Below are positions 1-11,994 of a DNA stretch of 64,000 bases, piece by piece. Location: positions 3,532,381 through 3,596,380 of the forward strand of contig NW_004797274.1 of assembly GCF_000002075.1 (NCBI RefSeq), read 5' to 3'. Source of the stretch: Aplysia californica (lineage: Eukaryota). The translations under genes and the position numbers were made by a program. Below the pieces are notes generated by a model. The model saw nothing but the letters and a program-made list of their open reading frames with translations, made no database searches and had not been told where the DNA came from. The first letter of the stretch is position 1. Each line of letters starts with the position of its first letter.

Positions 1-127
1 ATATTATTATAATATTTAACTGTATCTCTATTTCTCTCAAGCGAGAACACGCAAACTGGTTTCCGACGAATTGGAACATTACATTAGATTCAAAACTGTT
101 TTAAACTGCGGAAACTGCAGCAATCAG

Positions 128-135
128 CCGGAAGT
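128..135 (+). promoter_or_regulatory. ETS-type motif CCGGAAGT in a CpG-containing putative promoter of the EF-hand gene
   Basis: Motif lies ~90 nt upstream of the proposed ATG exon; the same motif occurs at 23297 upstream of UTP20. Confidence 0.4.
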
Positions 136-225
136 CTGTCCCATATCTGGTCTCCATTGTAAACAAAAATGCTTGAACCTGCTTATCTTGTCGCCTGAAA
201 TAAATTATTTTTATGATTTTATGTG

Positions 226-3200
226 ATGGTTAGTTCCTCGACTGTCTAGTGTAATTGTGCAGGGAAAAGAGACGTCATCCCATAATTTGTGGGTCAAGCA
301 AATGGTTGGAAGGGAAATGGGGATGAACTAGAACTAGATCTAGGTACCTAGTGGACACGTATCTATTTTTATGAAAATGAGAATGGTTTAATTGTTGCCC
401 ATATCATATAGAATCTAGATCTAGATCTAGATCTAGATCTATGCCATGCTACGTCATCAGTTATCATGCTTTATTATTTATATTTTTATGGTTACCTTGA
501 CTCAATTGGTTTGTAGTGTTAAAGATTTGACTCTTATCTCATTTAGTTTTAGTAAGTTTAACAACACTTTTAACGCAATACAATAACTTATAAGGTCATT
601 TAAGAACTGAAATTTAGAGAGAACTACACTTTTAGCACAATACAATAACTTATAAGGTCATTTAAGAACTGAAATTTAGAGAGTCGTGTTGCAAGAGAGT
701 GCAAACACAAAAAAGATGGAGGAGATAAAGATGCTAGACATATGATGGGAAACGAACCACATCAGTCGAGCGTCTATGCGACCGCCCTCTCAAGTATCTC
801 CGTCTGTTAGTTGGGATGCTCTATCACTGTTCAGCCAGATGAGTTAATGGCCCTGATCCAATAACTGAATCGTGTTGGCAGAGAGAAAACATTTTTCTTG
901 TTTTTAAGTCACAGTTATGTTTTCAGTTTTTTAACACAGACCTGTAAACATGTTCGTCTTCTTTAACTTTTACCCAGGGCAATGCAAATGGTCCGGCCAG
1001 AGCAGCTGCTTCTAACCCTGCACAGCAAGGTGGACACAGAGGGGCTCGGCAGACAGACGACTATGCCTATGCCACATGTATATATTTATATATTTAATAA
1101 CTTTTTCCTCTGTTGGCTTGTATAATATTTGAGTAAGAACTTTAGTGTCTTTCCAGTATATATAATTGAATGCATGTATTGCCTGTCCCATCAGTCATTT
1201 TTTAGCAGCATTTTAATTAATATTACTTGTTGGTATTAACATTATATAATTATGGTAATATTACTTACATTACATTGTGGGACCCTGTTAGGCTTTGGTA
1301 ATAATAATAATAATAATAATATCCAGAAAGCTTAAGACTGTTAAAATAATAAAACAGGTCATGCTTACTGTGGTCAAATCTAACAAATATACAAGAATAT
1401 AGTGGGGCTCATATGCTTCAAACCTAATAGTATTTCTAAAGTAAGATATATCGCAGTGTTTACTTTATTTCTTTGCTCATTTTGACTATTTTTGTGGACC
1501 CATGCACACACCTCAGCATGACTTCTTTTATCCTTTCGCACACCAAACCCTCATAACATCAGTGTGCAGCATGTGGTGGTTAAAGTCTAGCAATAGCAGT
1601 TGACCTGAGGGAGCTAGGGCTCAGTTAATCTTTTTACAGTTACTAAAGACTAATTTTTGCAGGTCTCAGATTATTCTTCAGTAAAAGTACTACATAATGC
1701 TTTATACAGTCAGACCTCAAAATGGACAAGTGATTTGTTTTCTTCATTTTGTGATCAGTTTTCAACAATGAGCGACTGTCTTAGACAATTTTGACTGTAT
1801 ATATTTAAAAATACCTTTTGAATGGAACTGTATACAACTAAAATAATCCTCAGTATATATCTTCAAATGTTGATAATGTTTGTTGTGTATTTTTATTTCT
1901 TCAGTTTCAACAAGACAGCGGCAAGCATTGCAAAGACGCTACCAGACTTATGACCGCCATGAAAATCAGGGAATTCCTTTAGACGTTTGTCTGGCCATGC
2001 CAGAGTTTGCTGGAAACAAACTCATCACCATCCTCATCCATGACTACCTGGACCCCAACACGGGACGCCTGCATCTACAAGATTTCATCAAATTCTGTCT
2101 GTTTTTAAGTCCATACACAAGTCCCGAAGAGAAAAAGAAAGGCAAGTTGAAAGCTAAGTGCTTGTCAATCTGAATTGATTGAACTCTAGCTATTTTTTGC
2201 CATTTACTCAAGCTTTGTAAATTTGGGGTCATTTTAAAATTTCATAGGTACTGAGCAGATTAAAAGATAGGCTAAAATATTCAGAATTAATACTATTAAT
2301 AGATATATATGTTCAAGGTATTTTAAATGTTCTCCACAGTGCTACTGCTGTCATTACTGTTCATCTGTGGTCTCTTATGAAAAGCTTCACATTGTCCCAG
2401 AAGTAACTGACTGTAGCAATGCTTCTAATTTTGCTTCTTTTTAACTCCGACTTTTGCTTATAGCCAGAAATGTCCTTGATCTTTTCCTGTAGCACTATTT
2501 GAGTCCTTCAATGTGTACGGAACCGACACTTTCACACATGACGAGATCTTCCGACTGTACAAGGTTCTCCTTGGACACGTGGTCAGCGACGATCACATCC
2601 TGGCCTTAACCTTCCAGACATTACGACATCCCAGCTTGAGAAAACAAGGACAGATAACCAAGGACGAATTCTTTAAAGTAAGAGACATTGGAAATCTGCT
2701 CCACATTTTTCAGACTAAAGGCCAGCTGAGTATGTATTCATTATTTGAGTTTGAGCTAACCAGTACAGCAAACTTTGCATATTTTCCTAACTCAGACTCA
2801 GCAAAACCTCAGGCTCAGTGAAACAAAAAGTCAAACTTCACTAATTCATTAGATGTGAGGCTTACTGTACTAGCACTCAGAGGTCTCAATCATGAAGGCG
2901 GGCCTACATGTTTCTAAGAAGTGGCTGTCATAGCTTTGAGTAGAGAGAACTGCATGGACGCAACATTTTGTGCTGAGGAAAAGCAAGACTGACTCTGTGC
3001 AAGGGTATTGTGTATACATGTATATGTGTGCACTGGTACATTTTGTGTTTGTGTGTGTGTGTGAGTGCGCGTAATTCTTAACAGTAATTGAAACGCTTTT
3101 TTAAAGCATGCATCACAATGTAACATGCATCATGCACACTCACACTTTATTATAATTTTTGTTCTACCTACTACCACTATGTGGTACAGTGGAACTCGGA

Positions 3201-4464
3201 TTCAACGAGGTCACCGGGCCTGACCTAAAATCTCGTTGAATCCGAGTGTTCGTTATAGCAAACATGAGGTTTTGTGTAGATAATTACAGGCATTGAGCAA
3301 GTAATGTATAAAGAGCAGTCACAAGTACATGTAGTGCCTGAAATGCCTGCATATTATGAGCTGTGTAAAAAAAAAGACCCAATTCGTTCAAATGCTCAAG
3401 CCTGAGTCATCTCGATTGTTTCCCAAAAAGTTGTGTTGTTGTGTAGAGCCGAGCATACGGCAACTTTTGATTCCATAGACCAGCGCACAATTCATTATGT
3501 AGATCTACGTCAAGACTAGCTTATTATTGTAAAAGTGATCAGTTGGCGAGGGGGGAAAAAATACTCTGAGACGTTTGTATCTGCGGCTTTCAACGTCCAG
3601 ACCGCTAGTGCCTCCAATCCCCGACACGTACACACTGCCACTCGTGTGCAGGCTGCCTATCCGACCCCGACACACACCAGAGTAGACACGTGCCCGTGTC
3701 AATAACGCTTGTGTTGGTATGAAAAAAGGCCGCCGATTGGTCGCATGCAATTGACTAAGTGAATAATGCTACACGATGCAAGTGCAATGGATGGTTTCCG
3801 GGAATATATAAAGTTCGTTCTGGGAGAAAAACGAGCGAAGCCACATCTGTGGGGGCTGTTCACCCTGGAAGCGACCTCGTTGAATCCGAGCTCGCTGATT
3901 TAAGTGCTCGTTGAATCCAGGTTATGATTTTAAAGAAGAAAAAATACGGAGAATCTATCTCATCTCGTTGAATCCAAGTTCTCGTTGAATCCGAGTTCCA
4001 CTGTACAGGTCTGGGACACAATAGGTTACTTACACAGTTGTCTAAAGCTACTCAGACTTATATGTGTGCAGATCTTGGCCTACTGTCAGTCTCAGCTATT
4101 CACTTCATTCTTCATGTTCATAGTACAATTGGGCACAGATAACACAAACAAAGTATACCCAAAATCAAGGAAAGCTCATACAATTTGTCATTCCCCGACA
4201 AATATCTCTTTAACTTTTCATTATCAGTTAACCTGAATTATGGATATATATGCCAATCACATTTGTCAATTCCAGACGTGTTTGAGTTATCTATATGCCT
4301 GACTGTATGGAAGTATTGGAAGAGTGAACAGTTCATGTTTGAAAAACTTTCCATTAGATTATCATATTTAGGGGAACTACATTTTCTGTTGTCTTTTCCA
4401 GATGATTCCGGACACAGAGATGGAAGAGAAACTGACGGTGTGCTTCAACATTCCAGCTAGTTAG
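226..4464 (+). CDS. Calcineurin B / CHP-like EF-hand protein, ~195 aa, 5 coding exons
   Basis: Exons 226-228 (ATG then GTTAGT; least certain), 978-1077, 1905-2141, 2493-2677, 4402-4464 (TAG) splice in phase. Product: M-GNANGPARAA...YAT-FSTRQRQALQRRYQTYDRHENQGIPLDVCLAMPEFAGNKLITILIHDYLDPNTGRLHLQDFIKFC...EEKKK-ALFESFNVYGTDTFTHDEIFRLYKVLLGHVVSDDHIL...GQITKDEFFK-MIPDTEMEEKLTVCF. This is collinear with calcineurin B as I recall it (FDADEIKRLGKRFKKLD..LPELQQNPL..FAFRIYD..LKMMVG..ISFEEF..IHKKMVV). Confidence 0.8.
563..683. repeat. Tandem duplication, 2 x ~62 bp
   Basis: ACACTTTTA..CAATACAATAACTTATAAGGTCATTTAAGAACTGAAATTTAGAGAG occurs twice head-to-tail. Confidence 0.9.
3187..4003. mobile_element. 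Tc1/mariner-pogo (Tigger-like) MITE in EF-hand gene intron 4
   Basis: TIR CAGTGGAACTCGGATTCAACGAG / CTCGTTGAATCCGAGTTCCACTG, TA on both sides, and several subterminal CTCGTTGAATCC copies. Confidence 0.92.
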
Positions 4465-5817
4465 CCAGTTTGAGTTTGAGTGAAGAGAAGCACATAGACA
4501 CACTAACAATAATTAATTTTAAGGTAGGAGAAAAGCAAGATGAATAGATGGATACCAGTACTACTAAAGGAAAAAATAGGACATACCACTGGTGCTCTCC
4601 AACCATCGTTCAGTTAACAATTGTGATGTTACTTTTACCAGACATATGGTCGCTTTAAATTTCATGCACAAGGGGGTTATCCCGAGAAAAGGTGTTTTGA
4701 GAAAATCGAAGGTAAAGTTTTGGCCCCTTGTTCAGTTTCTTTAAAAGACAAGGAGAGTTTTCTCTATAACCGAACAAATATACAAACCAATTAAACCAAA
4801 CTTCTCCTACAGGTAGGGCAATTCCCACTTTTGGTGTAGGTTAAGGTTTCTGGAAAACCCCGAAGTCTGGGTTAGGTCGCTTGTCCTTAAAAGAGACCAT
4901 ATATTTTGCTCTGAGTGCATATTATACCTTGTGAGAAGGGTGGTATTGACAGCTAACACAAACACACACACTTATACACTCGTGCACACACACACATCTT
5001 ATGCAACATGGAAGGGGTGGTATAGACAGTTTATAAAGAGTATTGATAATTTCTTATATATATTTTAATCCAGTGGCTCATAGCCAGTAACAAACTCCAT
5101 TATTATAACAACTGAAGTAAATGTCCTGCAAAAATTACATATAATATATACCGTTTAGCACACACATAGAGCAAAATTGGTGGGATGCAAAAATCTTTTC
5201 ATTATGCACAAATTATGCTTTATACCTGGCTCATGCGTGCTAGATCTATATTAGGGGAGATAGACAAAGCTGGAAAATTGGGCCAAAATGTTTACATGAG
5301 TTATGCCCCATATGCCATGCCATGATATACATGTGCATTGGGCTCATAGTCAGTTAAACATTGTGCAGATTTGGGTTGTTGTTTTTTACCTTGATCTTTT
5401 ATCCATCTCTGCAATGATTAGCCATTTTTACTTGATCAAGAAGTTTTTCTGCTTCTTTTGTTCCACCATGGTCCACTCTCAATGACAACTTCACCTAGAC
5501 CTAACTTTGCAGAACACCGCAAGCTGTTGCCTAATGTGTAACCTGCGTAGAAGAGGAAGTGCACTGACATGTCTGGGGACAATACAGGATATAATGCCTT
5601 TATGTGACAGAAGACTGGCCACGCATCTGAAGTGTGCAGGCTAAATTTACAGCCGTATACCAGTGTGGTTCAAGTGACTGTGATGTATATACACAATACA
5701 CACATCCTTTGCCTATACTACTACCCTTGACTTAAATTAAATACATATAGAGAGGCCATTGACTTACACTAGACTCATACTATGCCACCTGTCTCTCTCT
5801 CTCTCATCATCAACATC

Positions 5818-6030
5818 TGTGGTGTAGCAGTGAGTTAGGCATAATCGCTGTTGTATGAAGGAGACCCGAGTTCGATTCCTGAAGTGGGATAGTTTTAATC
5901 CAGTATTTCAGTCTTTCTGCTGGGATAATGTATCACTCTCAGCCTAGGTTGACCCTGATAAGCAGGATCAAAGCCCGCCTCCCCAATGATGATAAATTGT
6001 GTCGATGGGGGTATAAAAACACCTACTTTT
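5818..6030 (+). mobile_element. tRNA-headed SINE (family B)
   Basis: A-box-like GGTGTAGCAGTGAG and B box GAGTTCGATTCC, then a body (GTCTTTCTGCTGGG..CTGATAAG..GATGGGGG) that recurs degraded at ~43190-43370, 45590-45700, 46500-46640 and 48740-48960. Confidence 0.6.
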
Positions 6031-7441
6031 AACTCTCATCATGGCTTCTTTAGTAAATGAAATTTGCATGTTTTGAATACAAAGTTCAATATATATAGAT
6101 CTACCAGTATAAAAAAGAAAAAAATTTGGAACCTAAAAATCTGTTCTCTGTGTGCATTTTTCGCTGTGTCCGTGTTCACTATGTGCATGCCAGACTGTAT
6201 AATATAATATATAGTGCATGTCAATCTCAGGTGATCAATATTATTATTAATATTATTATTATGTTTATTGTTATTATTACCATACATAAATCTTCTCCTA
6301 CGTATGTCCCCAATGCCCACATTGTATTTCGTCTCTTTTCCTTCATTTTGACATTATGCACGTATAAGTGATTCAACTACTTCAAGCTTTCAAAAAGCAA
6401 ACCCACGACCCAAGCTGTGATAAAATGTAAACCAATGGAAATAAACATCTCTGAATATGATAGTTTGGAGTCACAGAGACGATTGTGTTGTCCCTTGTGT
6501 TCTTGAAAGGTTGGTGTAGTGTCACACTTGTCGCTCAAACGAGCAGCCAAGGTGTACAGCTCAGCTGTGAGACTCCCCTGATTTTCACGACACAGCATCT
6601 CCACACTGCAGAAATTGTAGCACAGCATGACTGCTTCAAGTGAGTGCTTCTCGTGTCAGACTTATTACATTAGAGAAGAAAAGATTTAAGAAGAAGTTAG
6701 AACTGGATTCATCCACTGAACATAGAACAAAAAGGATCATTTGAGGCATTTATAATATATAAAAGTACTGTTTGAATCATCTGCAGGATAGCAAATCCCA
6801 GGGCTTCAATTATTTTCAAATGTCCATTAGGTTCTACTTTTAATTTGTTGCTTGGCAAGACGCATGATAGTTTTCCTTTCCTGAACACGTAATAATAAAT
6901 ATGGGATTCAATAGCTTCGATACCACCAAATGTGCTAGGACCAGTAGTAGTATACATCATTTCACTGCTTTGGTCAATACCATGTCATTACAACATGTAA
7001 TAGAGTTCAATATTAAACCGAGTGTCATGGTTCCGCTAAAATGTGTAGCAACTGGTAAAAAGGCTGCCTGTAATATTCAGCTTTGTCACCATATGATGAT
7101 GTACTACTTATAACTATCTTGCTAGCCCAAGTGTACGGCAAGGGTAACACAAGTGGTGAAGGTGTTTGATTCAAGAGTAACAACAACAAGAGGAGAAATC
7201 CAACACTGTTTGTTTGAGTTTCAGTGAAGAGATGCTCATGGACACAAATTTTATAATAATATTTCAAGGAAAAAATAAGACCAACAGAAACAGAAGAGGA
7301 AAAGAAAAAAGTAAGAAGTACAAGTGGTACCCTCTAACAACCTGCTCAGCACTGTTTATACTTCATTTTCTTCCCTCAAGATGATAGCTAATTTTGAAGA
7401 CTGCACCTGTGATTCAAACCCTGTCTCTCATATGTAATACC

Positions 7442-7624
7442 CTGTCCCTGTGGTTTTATGCACCCCGCATAATTTAGCAAAATTTGATCTTTTTTTGTGT
7501 GCATAGTTTCTTATTATTTTTCTTTTTCATTCTTTGTTAAAATTAACAGAATCGCATAATTTCACATTTTTGGGCTCAATTTGCATAATTTCAGAATTTT
7601 TTAGGCATAAAACAACTGGGACAG
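7442..7624. mobile_element. Short MITE related to the element at 18163
   Basis: TIR CTGTCCCTGTGGTTTTATGC / GCATAAAACAACTGGGACAG with internal GCATAATT repeats; TSD eroded. Confidence 0.75.
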
Positions 7625-9039
7625 AAAATCATCTCCCACTTTGCAACTTTGTTTGTCTGTTATTTCATCTGAGTGAAAATTACAGAGACCACTAAATATT
7701 GTTCTCAGAAATTTGGATTGCAAAGAAAAATGTGTCACAGTGTTGTCGAATCAGGCGCTCGTCAAATATAGGTATCATATTAAAGCCAGTCCATTCTCCT
7801 TGCTTTTGAAGTAACAAAATATCAATTTATCTTGGATACAAGTCAGGATATTGGTGATTTAAGGATGTGGGGACAGCCTGGTTTCAGAGGTAAAATTAGC
7901 GAGAAAATGGCCACCACAAGTTTACTTATTTCCTTCACTTGAGTTTGAGAGTCCCTGGAAACTGACAATTTACATCTTCTATGTCTTTAATTAACGTTGT
8001 TCAGTAAAATCAACACAGAAATGTGTTCTTTACTGGGCATGAAAGGTGTTGAGCCAAAAAACAAAAATTCGATAAAAATTCCCAAATCTGCAGAAAAATG
8101 CCAGTTTCTTGATTTTCAATCATTGTTTTGACAAGCGCCTGATTTCACCACACTGCCTCACAAATGATAATTACACAACCCACATCTGTTGTGTAACAAT
8201 TACTAAATTTCTTTACCTTGTTCAACCTAGACAACAGTTTATTATTATACTCAAAAGAGGGTCAGCAAATTTTACTGAGTATCACCGTTTGTCTGATGAG
8301 ACACTCAGCTCGGGTCCCCCCTGCACGGTGAAAATGATCAAACTTTTCTTACTATGATTTTCACAAAAATACAAAAAAGAAGGGCAATAAACCAACACCA
8401 TATGCCTTAGAAAAAGAAAAAAAACTAATACCATGCAATCGCAGCTTTTTGAAAAAGGCAAAAGTTTACTGAAAGTCATAGGACGATATGGCTTATCAAC
8501 AAAAGATGGCAAACACAGGTCACTTTCTTACTTAAAGAAAACAGATATGAATCTCCTAAATGTAAAATTACTGAAAGTATTTTTTAAAATTGTATTATAT
8601 TCATTGTAAATGTACATATGTATTGAGATCTTTAGATACTAGTTAAACACTCTTTTGACATTTATTGTGGACCTCTTCCAGACCCTCTCTCACTCCCTGA
8701 AAAAATCTCACAGATATAAAACTTGTAAGCTCAACAACAAAATCAGGGTTCAAGAAAACAGTGTAAACTCTATCTAGATTTACCCCTCACACCAAACATT
8801 CTCAACCGAGAATCTTTGCTCACACTATTCCAGCAGGCTATTTCTAGCCCTCACTACCCTTTGACTCAGATAATACTGGAGTCCTTATTGATGCCTCACG
8901 TCCAGCCAATACCGATTTTGTCTGCTTGAACAGATAATAAATTACAGTAAAAATATGCAACAGGTTATGAGGTGGGCAGCATCCTGTGAGGGAAATATAC
9001 GCAATTGAGGCTGGGGAATGAAAACTTGAGAGGGAACAA

Positions 9040-9731
9040 CAGTGAAATACGGGTAACTCAAATTCGTCGGGTATTGGAAATAATGTTCGAGATTTCCGTA
9101 ATTCGTCATGTCCATGAAAGCCCCAACAAATACAAAGAAATAGAGAGAAAATCAAAATACTAGATAGATTTAAAAAACCCATTAAAACAATTAACATGGT
9201 TAGCTCCTCTTATGAAGGTGTTCACGGTGTGAAAGCAAGTTGAAGAAGATGAATGAAAGTGGAAAGCAGAAATCTCATGTGTGCACAGCCGACTCTTATG
9301 TCATTCCTTTCCTCTCATTTCATTGGCTTGCAGAAAGTTACGCTTCTTGCCATCAACACCGCGCGGGTCCCACAACATGATTGCACGCAAGGCGAGCCAG
9401 TCATGCAGTGCGGTTAGCATCACTCCACAACCCCCCTTCCCCACCCCCACCCCCCCTTGCTGCAGTAGTGAGACAAGGACCATAATTACTTTGGCTGTAA
9501 CAATAACAAAGAAACATCTACCAACAGGCAGAAAGACTGTAAAGCCGGGTCTTTAGTTGAGAATGAGAAGAGGATTCGTTCAAGATTTGAGTTTTGCATG
9601 TTCCGAGTGTTTGCGAACTCTGTGGAGTCAATACAAAGAAAACATAGAGACTGAAGAAACGGGACCAAGCATTATGTTCGAGATACCAAAGAATTCATGA
9701 CTTTCCTGTTTGAGATTCTTGGACTCAACTG
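9040..9731. mobile_element. Degraded Tigger-like MITE
   Basis: CAGTG.. left end, ..CAACTG+TA right end, repeated GTTCGAGAT-like subterminal motifs; TIR match is poor. Confidence 0.45.
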
Positions 9732-10339
9732 TATATGACTGGGGCTGTAAAGGTAAATGAGTGGTCAAATACAACATCTAATTTTACGTGCTCGCCATGT
9801 GGTTTAAAAGACACAGCAAGATCTTAACGTATATGAGAAATAGATCATTTAAAAGATAGAAAGAAAAGAAAAAAATGAGTTGGGCCCACACGTATTCTTA
9901 TTTTCAACATTACAAATAATGTTGAAAAAAATTAATGCTTCAGTAACAACACCACAAAAAAGATCATACCTCAGAGAAAAAGGACATTGACCCATACTTA
10001 CAAGGTAAAATACAAGTTATATGACAAATTTGGTCAAATTGGATATTTTTTTAAAAATACTATAAAAGTTTTAAAAAATAAAATCTGTTATAAAATATCA
10101 TGCCTATATATATTCAAGGATGGATGAAAGCAATGAAAGTTACCATCTAGCAGTCATAAAAGCAGTGCATGTAATTTAATCTATAACAAGTCTACTCTCA
10201 AGTCAACTATGGGGGTGTCATGTGACTTCACTCCTGATTATTTTATGACGTCACAATTTAAGGATGGGTTGCGTTCTAGAAGTCATAGGACATTGTATAG
10301 AATCTAGGCGTAATGCCATTTTAAACACTGTAATACCAT

Positions 10340-10512
10340 ATAAGATTCAGGACCTCAGAATTTAACATCCATCTCTGATAAAACTAAACCAAATGGGTGG
10401 TTGAGTCTTAAAAACTCTCCAAAACAACCTTAAGTCAGAATAATCTGTAGGGGATCCGAACCACGGTTATCCGCTCTGCAGTCCAGCACGATACCAACTG
10501 AGCCAACAGCTG
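10340..10512 (-). mobile_element. Degraded tRNA-derived SINE
   Basis: Minus strand reads GCTGTTGGCTCAGTTGGTA...CTGCAGA...GGTTCGGATCCC (A and B boxes) but has no intact acceptor stem. Confidence 0.5.
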
Positions 10513-10989
10513 TTCGAAGGAAACAAAGTGATTCACAAAGGAAAACATGTTTCTACATCTTTATGCACTGTAAAAAACTGCTTTGTGAAAATTTTCAGAG
10601 TGTAACTTCTGGCTATTTACTATTCTGAAAAATCAACTTGCTGGACGAAAGTTTGAATGCATTTGGGATCTAGCAAGAGTTATCAATTCAGAGCTGAGAA
10701 GCATAACTGTAACAGAATCTGACTACATGTACCAAAGTGCCAAATGACAGATATTTGAGTACATTGTACTAATATATGCATTCGTATATTAATATTATTA
10801 AACAACTTCTATTGAAACTTATACTCTTCTCACAGGTTTGTTTTGTGTTTGAGTAGAAAGAAGCACATCGACACAGTAAAGGTCATTTAGTGCTGGGAAA
10901 AAGTAAGACGGACAGACAGAAACAACAGAGGTCAAGTAAAGAAGTAGGATCTACCAGTGGCACCCTTCAACCACCCGCTTTCTCACAGT

Positions 10990-11517
10990 CTGCTATCATA
11001 TCTTTGAAGAGGATTTGGAAGACAGGGATATCTCACTTTGAACAAAGCTGAGGATTTTCAATTCAAATGTGAAGTCAGTCCTGTTGTATGGATGTGAGAC
11101 ATGGAACGCATCTCAGACTTGCATAAAGAGGATCCACGTTTTCTTGAACAAGTGTCTAATAAAGTTACTGAGGACCAGCTGGACAGACAGGGTCACCAAC
11201 AAGGAAGTGTTAGGGAAAACATGACAAATCTCGGTCAGAGATGAGGTAGGAAGAAGGTGGTGGAGATGGATTGGACATACTCTCAGGACGTCAGGCAGCT
11301 GCATAACCAAGAAAGTGCTGGATTGGAATCCACAGGGTAAAAGATCAATCTAGGAAGACTGCTAGGAATCTGTAGAAGAATCACAGAAATTGATGTGCAG
11401 AAAAGTGGGAAGACATAGAATAACATCAAGAGGCTATCCCAGGATAGTGAAAAATGGAAAATGTTTGTTTGTGGCCTATAACCTGACGCAGGGTGAAAAA
11501 GGCAATGATGATGATGA
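10990..11517 (+). mobile_element. RTE-like LINE 3' fragment
   Basis: Broken translation IFNSNVKSVLLYGCETW...WRWIGHTLR...LDWNPQGK followed by a (TGA)n tail. Confidence 0.85.
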
Positions 11518-11994
11518 CTACATGTCATAATATTGCATTGACTGTAGGCCTACTATGTTTATAGAATATACGGAAATAACAATCAAGGCAAGTGTGCCCG
11601 TTGCCAGGGTCAGCTGACTCTCTCAAGACATAATACAGTCAATGGCTTGTAGTAGAAAAGTATAAACTTCAATAGCAGTTGTTTAATACGAGTGCATTTT
11701 AGTGGGATACAAACACATTATACACATGTGCACATGTACANNNNNNNNNNNNNNNNNNNNNNNNNNNNNNNNNNNNNNNNNNNNNNNNNNNNNNNNNNNN
11801 NNNNNNNNNNNNNNNNNNNNNNNNNNNNNNNNNNNNNNNNNNNNNNNNNNNNNNNNNNNNNNNNNNNNNNNNNNNNNNNNNNNNNNNNNNNNNNNNNNNN
11901 NNNNNNNNNCAAACACGTATGATATAAACATGCAAGCACACAGAGTGATACATACACACACACACTGTAACATTAAAGTATTCATTAATTCCAG

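Noticed and set aside
742-810. Short ORF MMGNEPHQ.. resembling a calcineurin B start
   Set aside because: Stops after 22 codons, and exon 2 already supplies the GN after an ATG-only exon.
6377-6628. 83-aa minus-strand ORF with a hydrophobic C-terminus
   Set aside because: No recognisable homology and no convincing in-frame acceptor.
10450-10512. tRNA-Cys-like sequence
   Set aside because: Cloverleaf incomplete; better explained as a SINE head.
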